A DNA stretch of 55,255 bases, the filler included, from Piptocephalis cylindrospora (taxonomy: Eukaryota), in the NCBI GenBank assembly GCA_003614145.1. It is 2 parts of 2 records of this genome, joined end to end, with 100 filler letters (N's around TTAATTAATTAA, not from the genome) between each part and the next. Parts side by side here need not be neighbours in the genome. Positions count along the whole stretch, not along the records: positions 1 to 27,603 come from KZ987766.1; 1 more part is not named here. The stretch is one strand, 5' to 3'. The position numbers and the translations under genes were made by a program. Each line of letters begins with the position of its first letter. Within the stretch, counting starts at the first letter, position 1. The notes under the pieces are model-generated. The model ran no database searches and had not been told where the DNA came from. It was given only the letters and a program-made list of their open reading frames with translations. Of the stretch, positions 12,788 to 24,771 are shown one piece after another.

Positions 12788-13243
12788 GTGTGGGCGAGTG
12801 TGAATGCAAGGACATTTCATTTTTATCGAATTGAGGAGCTTCAGAATCGACGTTTGTTTGTTTAGGCATGAGAGGATAAAATGATCAGTCCTTCCATGCA
12901 CAACAAGGAATGGTAATTATCACCGCAATCAAGCAAAAGATGTATTGAGTCCATCCTTTGGATGACCACACAAAAAGGGGGGTTTAAGGGAGATAGGAAG
13001 AAGCAGAGAGGGGAAATAGAGGGTGGGGGGCAGGGAGATGGACTTATCCTTCCCTGTTCCATAGCCTACATTCATGACCTCAGAGACACACATCCCACCA
13101 CCCTTTTTCCCATCTTACTCTACCGCCCTTTTCCATTTCCATGATCATCCTTCAGGATATCTTGGATGAACCGACAAGGTTCATACCAAGGAAGAGGGAC
13201 AGGACAGGTGAAAGGGATAGGTAGGGGAAAGATGGATCCTTAC

Positions 13244-14043
13244 TTAGGCCTTGGAGGGAGCGACCTTCTTACCGTCCTGTAAAGGGAAGAGGAAGAAAGG
13301 AATAAGTTTATAGCGCCTTTGGGCCTGGACAACGCTCCCCAATCAATGATACATACCTTGTTGAACCGGAAACGGGGGGGAGGGGCACGGTTGCGACGAC
13401 CAACGCAGGAACGGACACGGACGACGTGAGCGTGGATGGCGCAGGAGATGCAGTAGTGGAGCTTGTTGTAAAGCTTGGGGAGGGCGTACTCCTGGTAGAC
13501 GGAGGCCTCGGACAAGTCACGGACGGCGGCGGTCTCGACGATGTTGCGGACGGTGAAGCGCTTGATGGCCTTGTCCTTGGGGACGCAGCGGGAGCAGTTG
13601 AGGCAACGGACGGGCTTGACGTGGCCACGTCCCTTCTTGTTACGCCCGTGGTTCTTTCTCTTGGTAGTCTAGATGAGGGTTGGATAGGGTGTGGTGAGCA
13701 AAAGGGACGTGATGGGTATGGCATAGAAGAGCGGATGGCCCTGCCGGGAGATTATGATCAGGGAGAGATGCCAAAGGAGGAGGAAACCCATTTGGCCTAG
13801 TTTCCTGGGCCCCACAATATCTGCGATATCTTTCCAGTAGGGGGGATATCCTTTGCCCAAGACGGTGGTCGCTCCCCATCTCGGATGGCCCATGTCCATT
13901 CACCTTCCCCCTAGTCTTATCGATCCATCCATCCATCCATCCACCCAACCTGTATATCCCCCCTTGCCACAAGGTCTATTCATCCATCCATCCTATGGCA
14001 TATCTCGAAGAACAGGATGATCTAGTTCAGGTGTACTTACCAT
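13244..14043 (-). CDS. RPS26: 40S ribosomal protein S26 (eS26); exons 14041-14043, 13357-13668, 13244-13276
   Basis: [39 protein letters not shown]...[25 protein letters not shown], with canonical splice sites. Confidence 0.97.
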
Positions 14044-14700
14044 GATGCTTGATTGAGAGTGGAGGAAGAAGAAAGGTCCTTTTGGCACACCGGCGCACGC
14101 GCTACAAGGTAGGGGAGACGATGTGATGCGGGGGAGAGAGGCTGAGGCTCGGGTGGAGCGGGTGGTGGTGTGTGGGTGGAGGGGGTCTAATGGGGGATTC
14201 CTGGGTGGTTGTGTGTGGGCGGAGGGGGGATGATTGTATGGGGGTAATTGACTTGATTGTGCATGATTGCCATGGCCTCAATTTATGTTCTGAAAACTGG
14301 TAAATTATCCAATTTTTTATCTTACCCTTTCTCACTAAAGATGCGAATGCCACCAACCTCCCTTTCTTCCTTTCTCCCTTTCCTGTGGGGGGCCCATAGA
14401 AAAAAAGAGTGGTGGTAAAGTGAGGAAGCCCACATACAACATACACACGCCAATATTCATACTGTGGTTGCTCTCATCAAATGAGGAAGGGGACGGCTAC
14501 AACAAAGGCACGGAGGCTTGATTTCTTTCCAAAATTGATTCTCCAAGCCAATTTTTGTCGTATTATTATCCAGCCTATTTCACCCGACAGGCGCGACGCC
14601 ACCATCAAGAGAAAAACCTTCTCCAGTGTACGGTGGACGGGCAAGAGGCACTTGGTCCGACATTCTCTTACTCCTCCATCCTCGTTCTCGATCCTCTCTA

Positions 14701-15387
14701 ATGCGGAATTCAGCACCGTACAGCATTGTCCGTGGCCTGCTCCGGATGTCATGGAATAAGTACAATTTGTACAACTTGGCCCAGAGAACCCGATACCCGG
14801 ACCATGGGAGAAAGACCATTTTCCAGCAGCTGTGGTATGCCAAGAGGGAGACGCGTGCGTACCATGGGGCTTCTCTGAGTGAGAAGCGCTGGAGAAAGCT
14901 GTTCAAGTCGGTACTTCCGGCGGCTGATACGGCTACGGCCACCCAGAAACCTGGGGATCACCCACACGCCGCGGCCTTGATGTATGGGGACCTGGAGCGA
15001 CGCCTTGAGATTTTCCTCCACCGGGCCCTCTTTGCCGATTCAGTCGAGAGTGCTCGTCAGATGATCCGACATGGGAAGGTCCGTGTCGATGATAAGACCC
15101 TTCGGTATCCTTCGTACCTCCTGGAGCCTGGCCAACTGGTCTCGGTGGATCCCCATGCCATTGCCATGCTCCGTGGCAAGGAGGGTACGGAATTGTCTTA
15201 TCATCCCAAGCCTTACTCCCAGCCCTTCCACTTTCTTCCCGATTACATCGAGGTCAATTACCGGACCTGCGAGGCCATCCTTCTCCGGGAGCCTATTTCC
15301 CGTCCTGGTCGTGTGGAGGTTCCTTCTCCCATCCCACCCGAAGTTCATGGCTTGGCTCATGAGTATTATGTTCGGAAGTGGAGATGA
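14701..15387 (+). CDS. NAM9: Mitochondrial ribosomal protein uS4m (Nam9)
   Basis: RMSWNKYNLYNL, TIFQQLWYAKRETRAYHG, S4 domain LERRLEIFLHRALFADSVESARQMIRHGKV, EVPSPIPPEVHGLAHEYY. Confidence 0.92.
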   Translation: MRNSAPYSIVRGLLRMSWNKYNLYNLAQRTRYPDHGRKTIFQQLWYAKRETRAYHGASLSEKRWRKLFKSVLPAADTATATQKPGDHPHAAALMYGDLERRLEIFLHRALFADSVESARQMIRHGKVRVDDKTLRYPSYLLEPGQLVSVDPHAIAMLRGKEGTELSYHPKPYSQPFHFLPDYIEVNYRTCEAILLREPISRPGRVEVPSPIPPEVHGLAHEYYVRKWR

Positions 15388-15572
15388 GTAGGGGAAGGGA
15401 GAGCGGGAGGAGACTGTTTTTGGATGGATACATGGTGTTGTTATTGAAGAGCGATTTCTGATGATCCAAGATGCGTTTATTGTCTTGGAGAGAGGGGGGA
15501 GGGGGGGAGGGGGAAACATATAGGGAGAAAGAGATCCCTCTTACTCTGGTCGAGTGATGGCGGGATAGAGCT

Positions 15573-16202
15573 CTAACCCTCCCAGTTCTCGATGGATGAC
15601 TGGACATAGCCTCCTCCTTTGGTCCACTTGCTCTTGCTATCATCGCAATCCACCATACTAATGCCGTCAAGGCCATTCTGTTGGATGGTTCCGGGCTTGG
15701 CCTTGTCGGTCCAGCCGAGACATTGACCATTCCTAGGGCTCCCCTGGAAGTCAATGAGCTTTATATTGACCTGATTGTTATCGCGGGGGACGAGGGAGTA
15801 GCCGTAGAATTCGTAGCCCATGTCGGTAAAGTGAGGCCCAAATCCTGGAGGTCCGTTGCTGGTGACAGACATAGGGACCTTGGTGGTGGACAGGGCCATG
15901 CCCACGCTCCAGAACAGGCCGCTTCCCACGGTGGCGGGGCGGTCCTGGATGGAGAAGGCACAATTGGACGGGGGTTTATCTGCGCTAGCCGAGTCTCCTT
16001 TTCGAAAGTAAAATCCCCAACCCTGAGTGTTGTTGGGCATGACCGAGGTGCAAAGGACAATGGGAGTACCATTCGTGGTATTTCCCGATAGGGAGAAGGA
16101 GGGAAGTCCCCATACTGGAGGGTCCGGACCCGTACCCGCCCATACTCTGGGCGTCAGAGCAAGGGAGAGGAGGGTGATAAGGAGGGCAAAGGGGAGTTTC
16201 AT
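15573..16202 (-). CDS. Secreted orphan protein (209 aa, 4 Cys, probably beta-rich)
   Basis: MKLPFALLITLLSLALTPRVWA signal peptide; intronless. The C-terminal GQCLGW...MVDCDDSKSKW is reminiscent of a ricin-B-type repeat (inference). Confidence 0.75.
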   Translation of the reverse strand: MKLPFALLITLLSLALTPRVWAGTGPDPPVWGLPSFSLSGNTTNGTPIVLCTSVMPNNTQGWGFYFRKGDSASADKPPSNCAFSIQDRPATVGSGLFWSVGMALSTTKVPMSVTSNGPPGFGPHFTDMGYEFYGYSLVPRDNNQVNIKLIDFQGSPRNGQCLGWTDKAKPGTIQQNGLDGISMVDCDDSKSKWTKGGGYVQSSIENWEG

Positions 16203-17091
16203 CCTACTTGCCGATGGGAGGCTGAAGAGACTTGGACCTGCAAGTGCGAAAGGAAGAGGGAGAGTTGTCTGAGGAAGAGGGGTGGATTGGAGAGGATGAA
16301 AAAGGAGGGGAAGAGAGGAGGTGAGATAGGATGGAAGATGGGGCGGGAGGAGATGAGAAAAGAAAGAGGAGTATAAGATCAGAGCTGATTTAATCCTCTC
16401 TCATTCTCAAAGGCCTTGGTGAGTTCATGCTCAGGATGTGGAGCGGCGGAGTCTACTTGGCATTGTGTATCGGAAGGAGAATCGGAGTTTGAAGCCTGTA
16501 GTGTGAAATGGGGATCAGGGTATTGGGCTGGTGGGTTCCCTTATGCTAAGCTACTGTGTATTTTTAAATTTCATATGCTATTATTAATATTTTTCCTATA
16601 AAAATTGCCATTGAAGTGCATTCTATTTTTAATAAGTTTTTTAAATCGAACATGACTGCATGGATTCCCTGCATCAAGACAGGGACAGGTCTTTCCCTCC
16701 CACCAAGCAACATCTCTACGATTAAGCCCCAGATGAGGCCCATCCTATCACTTTCACATCCTCCTTTTCAGCTCCGCAAGTCCCTCTTCTCTCCCCCTTC
16801 CATCTACAAACGGCCCGAGTATTGGTGGCTTAAGTGAGGGAAAATGGGAATTGTGCATGATGTGTGTGTAGGTGTGTGTGTGTACGCCCATGTCTTCACC
16901 TGCCTTGTGTCTCCATGTGTCTGTGTATGAGGAGGTGGAGCACAAGATCCCTCTCTCTCTCCCCATCAAAACTCCCCTCTCCCATGTCCAGCCATGGAAT
17001 AAGTAGACCAGCCTACACCACATCAAGCACTGCCCTTCAACGCACATTCCCCCTTCCTCAAGCCCAACCACACTCGCTTCTCCTGCGCCAG

Positions 17092-17094
<3 letters not shown>

Positions 17095-17122
<28 letters not shown>
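17095..17122. repeat. (TG)n microsatellite
   Basis: About 14 TG units upstream of BEM1. Confidence 0.95.
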
Positions 17123-17129
<7 letters not shown>

Positions 17130-17538
17130 CTTCACACACCCTCCTCCTACCCATAATAATAGTAGTAGTAATGCTGCTATCTAGCCTCAGCTTCAGCCTC
17201 AGCCTCAGTCCTTTCCCTTGACATCCCTTGACATCCCCCGCCAAGAGACCCCTCCAGCCCTTTCTCTCCTCTCCTGCCCCCCTCACACCTCACTTCACCC
17301 TGCTTCTCACCCACACCCTTCTATCTCCACATTTCCTCCTATCTCCCCTCCCTCCTTGCTCCTCTCTCCCCCACCCATTCCCAAGCCCTCCCTCTCTCTC
17401 TTTCTTCCCTCCCTTTTTTTCCACACTCCCATCCACACACATACTCGTACCTTCTCCCTTTATCTCCCTTCTACCTCCCTGTGTCCCCCTCTTGCTCCTC
17501 GATCCCTTCACGCCCTTCCTTAGCTCGCTTCTCCCACC

Positions 17539-20050
17539 ATGATGCGGTTTAATCCGCTCTCTGGCCTCCTACGCCCCCGTGGCTCCGAGGAGGCCCATGC
17601 CCACCAACAGCAGCAACACCAACAACAGAGACCTACCTTCCCACAGCGCGCCACTGCCCCAGCCGCCATCATCCCCCCTAAGAAGGTCATCCGTGCCCTG
17701 TACGACTTTACCGCCGAAACCGAGCACGAACTCTCCTTTCGCGAGGGTGACTTCTTCCATGTCATCGGCAATGAGAATGATCGGGATTGGTTCGAAGCCT
17801 ACAATCCCATCTCCAATGTCCGTGGCATGGTCCCGGTCTCCTTCTTCCAGGTCATTGGGCGTACCACCACCGATTCCTCCCCCACCCAATCCTCTCCCCC
17901 CCCTCCACCTCCTCCACTTTCCCAAAACAAGGCCCATCCCTCGAACTCCCCCTCCTTTCCTTCCTCCTCTCCGGATCTGGGCGTTCCCTCCCTCCCCCCT
18001 CTCAGTTCTAATTATCGTTTCTCCAATGTAGGCGATGTTCTACCCGACGATGCCGATGATGCGCCTATTCAACGGAGGCCTGGGGCTTTTGGTCAGTTTT
18101 ACTCGCTTCCCCCCCTCCCTCCTCCCCCCCCATCCTATCTCATTATCTCCATCCACCCCCCATCCCATAGATTCTCCAAAGCCAGATAGACCAGATACTC
18201 AGGCCATGCCTCCTACCCCAACCTACCCCACTGATCATCTATCCCCCCCATACCAACCTTCCTCAGGATCCGTGTCTGGAGAATCGGGGGCAAGGACCTC
18301 CCTGCACCGTCAACCTCTCCCTGGCCTCGTCCTGTATGATTTCACCCCGGAGCGGCCCGATGAGTTGGCGTGTACGGCAGGCGACACTGTCGTGGTCATT
18401 GCTCAGAGCAATGAGGAGTGGTTTGTCGCTATGCATCCCGGGAAGCTGGGCGGTCCTGGCTTGGTCCCCGTGGCTTTCCTGGAGATCCGGGACCCGGTGA
18501 CCGAGGAACCCGTCACCGATGTCCCCGCCATGCTCGAGGCCCGAGGCATGGAATTACCCGGGGTCGAGGAATGGAAGCGGATGGCCGAACAGGGCGAGAT
18601 TTCTTTTGGACTTACTGCTATGGCCGGCTCTGGGGCCCTTGGCCCGGAGGAGGGCGATCCCCATCAGGCCCAGGAATCCCTTTTTCCCACCACTCAATCC
18701 GAAGATCCCACCAACATTACCACGACTTCCTCCTCCATGGGTCTTATGGACGCCCCCATGGCCTCCACCACTAGTCTGGATCCACATGCCCTGGGTCAAG
18801 GATCATTGGGAGGTCCAAGGCAACAGGGCCATGTCCCCACCCACTCCTCCTCCTCCACCCATTCTCACACCTCCATCAACTCCTCCTCTTCCCCCTCTCC
18901 TTCCGCATCCTCGGCCTCTCGATCCAAGTCCCAATCCTACTCCCCATCCCATTCTCATACTCGTTCTCAAGGAGGAGGAGGAGGAGGAGGAGGGAACCGT
19001 GGGACCATGATGTCCTTGGGCGGGGACTCCTCTGGAGGAGGTGGAACCTTCCGTAGGTCAAGGACCCCATCCCAGGCTGCTGTGGGCTCCTATCCTGTGG
19101 CCGTCCGTCCTGCCCGGGTCAGCGATATTCGGGAAGTCAAAGTCCTCTCGTTCTCCCGGAATAGAAACTCCAATGCCCCCACGGAGACTGATGGAGAGGA
19201 AGAGGAGGTTGGGGCGGATGGGTACTGGTTTGATCTTCGTCTCCGCTTTGGTCCCGGGGTCGATGAGGAAAGTCGGATTGTGTGGAGAAGGTATGAGGAC
19301 TTTCATCTCTTTCACCTCACCCTCCTCGAGGCATTCCCCGTCGAGGCAGGCAAGGCCGGGATGGGCGATCGTATCATCCCCTACCTTCCCGGCCCCCTTT
19401 CCCAGGTGGATGACGATGTGTGTTCGGAACGTCGGGCCCAGCTCGATGGGTATCTCCAGCAACTCTTGACCCTTCCATCCAAGATCAAGGACCACCCACT
19501 TTTGCATGCTTTTCTCGACTTCGCCCCTAACCACCCTCCTCTTCCCTCGTCCATCTCCGGAGTTGGCACCTTGTCTGGTGGTGCGGGTCCAGGAAAGAGT
19601 ACTGCGGACCTTCGGATCCGTACCGATGACTCCGCCCCCTCTACTTCTCTCACCACCTCCCTCTCCGGTCTTCAACTCGGCAATGGCCTCGGCTCCTCTT
19701 CCTCTACCTCTCTCTCATCCCTTCCCTCCTCCTCCTCCCCACCTCCTCTCTCCTCTGCCGCCACCGACTCTACTTCCACCCCCAAGCCCACCACCCCAGG
19801 CCCCAATGGTGGTATGCTCAAAGTCAAGGTGCAACATGGCGATGATCTCTACGCTATTCGAGTCCCCTCCCGGGTCTCTTTCAAGCTTCTTTGGGACCGT
19901 ATCCATGATCGATTGGGCGAGGGTGTGGGTAAGATCCAGTGGAAGGACCCTTCCTCTGGTTCCTACCGACCCTTGGAAGATAATGAGGATCTTCACCTTG
20001 CCCTAGCTGAGAGCTCTTGGAAGCTCAGTGTCCTTGCCACATCCAGGTGA
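17539..20050 (+). CDS. BEM1: Polarity scaffold Bem1/Scd2 (SH3-SH3-PX-PB1), intron 18092-18170
   Basis: SH3 IRALYDFTAETEHELSFREGDFF..WFEAYNP..GMVPVSFF; second SH3 VLYDFTPERPDEL..GGPGLVPVAFLEI; PX RRYEDFHLFHLTLLEAFPVEAG; PB1 LKVKVQHGDDLYAIRVP. Confidence 0.95.
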
Positions 20051-20545
20051 GGCAGTCAATGCGTATGAGATGGTAGGATGGACGATGAGACCATGGGTGA
20101 TAAGCTAGGCGGGAAAGGGTGTTGTCAAGTCTTGGTATGTGTGTTCTTTTTTTTCTACTGGAGTTGGAGAAGAAGTGGAAGAGAGATAAAGTAGGAGATG
20201 TGCTTGTGAGTGTGTATGTGTAGAAGTACATGTAGAGGCGTGGTAAACCATAGCGTGTGGATCTTGCTTTGGTGGTTCGTGGCTGGATCGGCCCATTCAA
20301 ATCATCCGCTTTTGAAATCGTCTCCCTTGCTCGAGAGACGGCGTGCGCGTGTGTGTCACTTTGTGTGTGTGTGCCCTTGGAATGTGTGATCGGGGATGGC
20401 GTTTTTATAAAGGGTTTTTTTAGTATCAAACCAAATAGGATGATAGTGGCGACTAATTGGCTAATTAATTAATTGGTTAGAGTTGGGGTTTTAGGACCTC
20501 TGCACTTCGCCATGGCCCACTAAACATCTGTTCTTGCATTCTTTA

Positions 20546-21097
20546 TTAAGATTTATGAGGTGGCCCAGATTCAGAAGGAGCGTTTCCCTTTCCCTTCTTT
20601 TTCTTTTTCTTGTTTTTATTTTTGGTGATCCCAGAGGATTGGCCTGGCCGAGACTTGGAGAGGTAAGCATTCAGGGTGGACTTGGAGGAGGTGGAGGAAG
20701 GCGCTGAGGAAGATGTCTTTGATGCATGTCGTGTTCGACTTTCCTCCTCCTCCTCCTCCTCCTCTTCGCTCAGTGCCTGATCTGACTGAGATAACACGGC
20801 CTTCTTTCCCCCGTCTTGCCCTGTCAACTTTCTTCTTAAAGGCTCGCTCTTTCCCAGTCCGTGTTGCATTGCTGCTCGATGTGACAGGAATTTTGCACCT
20901 AGACCAAGTCTCGGGGGCCTTGACTCCAGAGCATCTCCCCCCGTTTCCGATGTAGTAACCTGGGCCGCAGAGCCCTCCTGTTCCGAGTTGGTCACGGGAG
21001 GTAACCAGGACGAGACCAGTTGTCTAGCCATGTGAGCTGATACCGTGAGACGGGTGGCCAAGTCTTCATTGTCCTTTAAAGTTTCTTTCTTTGCCAT
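20546..21097 (-). CDS. Small basic/acidic conserved protein, DUF3245-like, probably nuclear or nucleolar
   Basis: ARQLVSSWLPP and RPPRLGLGAKF motifs, an acidic E-run and a C-terminal KNKNKKKKKK tract. Family assignment is from memory. Confidence 0.65.
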   Translation of the reverse strand: MAKKETLKDNEDLATRLTVSAHMARQLVSSWLPPVTNSEQEGSAAQVTTSETGGDALESRPPRLGLGAKFLSHRAAMQHGLGKSEPLRRKLTGQDGGKKAVLSQSDQALSEEEEEEEEESRTRHASKTSSSAPSSTSSKSTLNAYLSKSRPGQSSGITKNKNKKKKKKGKGNAPSESGPPHKS

Positions 21098-21465
21098 ACT
21101 GGTATTGGTGATATGGGATAAGGGATGGGATAAAGTGGAACGAAAAAAGACCCTGTTGTAAGGGAGTAAAAAAGGGACGTGATTGTTTTGTTTTTCCCTT
21201 GTTTTTTATATACCACAACTTCTAAACATTGTCGATGATATGCGGAGATTCACCTGGCACGGCCAAGACTGTAAATGACCGTGTCATTCTCCATACGATC
21301 ACCACTTATACTATCCCCTCCACAGGGGATAAAACTACCCTGACTTGACCATGACGTATGATGACTCTTGTATTTAGAGATAAATAGACGAAAGCGCATA
21401 CAGTTGGGTGGGCTTGCATTTTCTCTTCCTCCATCCTCGCCCATCCTCACTGTCTTACCAATACC

Positions 21466-22152
21466 ATGGCCCTTCACTACACTATTGTCTTTGGCCTTCT
21501 TGTCACAGAAATGGTCCTGATGACCCTTTTCCTTCTCCCACTTCCCTATTCATTCAGGAAGGGGTTGACCCGTTGGTTGGCCGAATCCTCGGCCGCAGAG
21601 CGCTTACACTATTACCTCAAGATCATCTGTATTTTTGTCCTGGTTCTCTTTGTCGATGCTCTGAACAGATCCATCCGCCTCCACCATGATCTACATGACC
21701 CTGGTCAGACTCAGTCCCCGTTCGCGGGGTCAGGTGGACATGGACTGGAGGCTCGGGTAGACGCCACGGCCCACTCTCGCATGTTCTATGCCCAGAGAAA
21801 TGTGTACCTTTGTGGCTTCACTCTCTTCCTCACCCTGGCTCTCTATCGCCTCCAGGACGTCTTCCTTCAATGGGTTACGGCTGAGGAGAAACTCCAAGAG
21901 GCCCGTCGTCACACTGCCAAGCAATCTGGAGACCAAAACAAGGCCTCCCAGCGCTATGAGACCGCCGAAGCCGAGGTCATTCGGTTACAGGCCCGAGTCT
22001 CAGAACTAGAGGAGGCTCACATCAAGTACAAGGACATTTCTCACCAGATGGACAATCAGAACAAGGCTTACCTGGAGTTGACCGATCGATACGCCGAGCT
22101 TGAGCGTAAGCATGCCCTTCGGTCTGGGGATCATGGGAGGAAGGATGATTGA
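21466..22152 (+). CDS. BAP31/Yet-family ER membrane protein
   Basis: MALHYTIVFGLLVTEM, VLFVDAL, RMFYAQRNVYLCGFTLFL, C-terminal coiled coil ending RKDD. Confidence 0.93.
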   Translation: MALHYTIVFGLLVTEMVLMTLFLLPLPYSFRKGLTRWLAESSAAERLHYYLKIICIFVLVLFVDALNRSIRLHHDLHDPGQTQSPFAGSGGHGLEARVDATAHSRMFYAQRNVYLCGFTLFLTLALYRLQDVFLQWVTAEEKLQEARRHTAKQSGDQNKASQRYETAEAEVIRLQARVSELEEAHIKYKDISHQMDNQNKAYLELTDRYAELERKHALRSGDHGRKDD

Positions 22153-22383
22153 TGCTGTAGAGCGGATGTATCCACAATGATATATGAATTGGTTTACCGG
22201 ATAGGGCGTTGCTTGTATGGTTGGTGTGTACTACTACTGCAAATGGCAAGACGGATCAAGAAAACCACTAGAACAAGGGAGAAAAGGAAGAAAAAAGAAA
22301 ATACATCTACGCACTGCAAGACAACATATCATCCTCACTCTACGTCTAAGCATCATCCATCGTCTCTGTCCCTCACCCATCCG

Positions 22384-24771
22384 TTAGGGCATCGGGACCT
22401 CTTCTAGATGAGCGTAATAGAAGCTGAGGAAAGAGAGGAAAGTAAATTAGAGACGGCGTGTGCTACCCCCCTTCTAAAGACCAAAGCATGATTGCAACCA
22501 CTTACCGAAAGTCGGCCTTTTTCCTCTTGCACCAAGCGCCTTCATAATCAAAGACGTCATATACTCCTTGTTCATACGTGTCGGTGACTTGTCGGGGTAA
22601 GGGAGGAGCCTGCTCACCGGATTCGACTGAGGGGGAGGTGGATGTGGAGGAGGCACGGAGAAACCAGGCCAGCTGCTTGGTGTTGAACCTCCAGCCCCGT
22701 CGCTTGATCTCCTTGGCGGCACGGTACTGCTCGTAGGAGGCAGGCCGGTAATAGAAGATGAAGAAGAGGGTGTCGAGGTCAACGGTAGCGTAAAAGGCAT
22801 CAGGGATCATGGGAGGGGGCTGGGCCGGATAGTAGGGCGGAGGATTGGGGAAGGGTTGAGCTGGGGTATACTTTGGTAGGCTACGGAGAAGATCCCCACG
22901 TTTAGGCAACTGTAGATATGCAGATTCTAAGGATTGTTGGGCCGAGAGGATGGGCGCTGGGACTGGGGGGACAGAGGTAGAAGAGGAAGCGTTCAGTGAG
23001 GGAAGAGAGGACTTTCCCGTGGTACTGGGGGAAGCGTCGACTTCAGAGATGATTCTTTCCAGGGACAAAGCATCCTTTTGCGCCTTTTCAAACTGAGGGA
23101 CCAGGTCCCCGAGAATGGAATGAAGGCTATGATGGATAGGCAGGGATGAGTCATGAGCTGAAGTTTTGCTCTCTACGGGGGTAGATGGAGTCCTAGTCTC
23201 CTTGGAGGAGGGCTTGACCTCATGAGAAGAGGCAGCAGAAAGATCTAGTCCACTCTGAACGGTCTGAGAATAGGTGGAGACCCGGGTAGGGGCGATGGGG
23301 GAGGGGGGAACACTTCCCTTGACCTCTGTCGTCTTGATGGCCGGTGAGGATGGAGAGGCCCATTTCCCCTGAGGTTCTTTACCCTTTCCGGGGGTCAGAG
23401 GAGCCGCCTTCTTGGTCTGAGCGGAGGAGGAGGAGGGGGATGTAGAGGAAGAAGTGGAGGGGGTAAGAGCATCGATGGAGATACGGGGAGTCACCTTTTT
23501 GGAAGATTGGGAGGAGATGGAGACGGAAGGAATGGTCGCGGCCTTTTTTCTATTCCCTCCCTCCGGCTGTTCGTGAATCATCACTGCCTTTCCGGTTGTG
23601 GGAGGAAGAGCGGATGGGAGTTTGGGTCCAGTAGACTCTTTCCCTTTTTTCCCAGAGACATCTGGAGCGGGAGCAATGACAGTGGTGGGGACGGTGGCGG
23701 GACTGGTCATGTCCTCCTCCTTCTTCGATCCAGCTCCAAGTACGGAGCTACTGGTGGACGAGGAGGATCTGGAAGGGGTGGTGGTCTTGATCACCCCAAT
23801 GTCCGAGATGACGGAGGGAACAGAAATCTTGGACGGAGATTGACATTCCATTCCCCCACCACTGCTGAAGCTGTCCGACCGTTTCTCAGAGGAAGAAGAA
23901 GAGGCTGAGGAGAAAGATTCGGGAAGATCCTCATCCTCACCAGGTTGACCACCAGGCCCAGACCCGGAGCCAAAGATCTCAGAGGAGATGAGGTAGGCAT
24001 CCTCCTCATCCTCGAGACCCAGGGCAGTGTAGATCTCCTCATCCTCTTCAAAATCAGGATCTTCGTTGGATTCGACATAGTACTCAATGTCGTCCTTGAT
24101 ATCACGGAAGCGATCCATGGCCAAGGCACCGTTCTGGATGAGACGTTGACACAACTCGAGCCGACTACAATGCCACTTGCGTCGTTCATTCCAGTGTTCC
24201 AGTTCGTCGATGCGTGCTGCCTTGCTGGTATCACGCTTAGATTTGCGGCCTTGGGCCTGGAGGATCTCCTGCTCGGCCTCGGCGCGTTCGACCTGAGTGG
24301 TAAGGGCCTCGACTTGGGCGGTAATCCAAGAGGCAAGTTCCTGCTTTTCTCGATCCTTTGGATCGACCTTGGCAGCAAGATTGAGACCTTCTTTAGAGAA
24401 GGCTTTTGTTTTTAACTCCTTTTCCACGACTTTAAATGTTTCCATCTGTTCTTCAATGCGTCTTCGATACTGATTCAAAAGATTCTTGTCCTTGATCTCA
24501 TTGGAAGTTTGCCAGGTCTTGATTTGGTCCCGAAGCCTCTGAAGCTTCTTAATCTCACGCTTGGACTCACCTTCCAATTTTTCTTTTTGGGAAGGGTTTG
24601 TAGTGGTGTGCATCTTGTCCATGAGTTCTACAAACCCTTCGATCCCCTCGTCGACCTTTTTTATGACCCTGTCGATTTCGGCTAGGAGATGATGGGGAGA
24701 GATGAGGGGCTGGGCCATGGGAGATGGGTCAAGCATGCACAGGACTCACACTGTAATTTTCGATTGGCCAT
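22384..24771 (-). CDS. NOT3: CCR4-NOT subunit Not3/Not5; introns 24682-24749 and 22424-22505
   Basis: MANRKLQ|SEIDRVIKKVDEG, QKEKLEGESKREIKKLQRLRDQIKTW, ELKTKAFSKEGL; NOT-box DLDTLFFIFYY..QYRAAKEIKRRGWRF..FDYEGAWCKRKKADFR|FYYAHLE. Confidence 0.95.

Noticed and set aside
16864..17542. Pro/Ser/Leu-rich ORFs in pyrimidine tracts (also 1015-1453 and 45802-46140)
   Set aside because: They are translations of the CT-rich promoter and 5'UTR tracts that precede most genes in this window.
20452..20480. CTAATTGGCTAATTAATTAATTGGTTAG quasi-palindrome between convergent genes
   Set aside because: Short low-complexity AT repeat; it may be a 3'-end element but no function can be supported.
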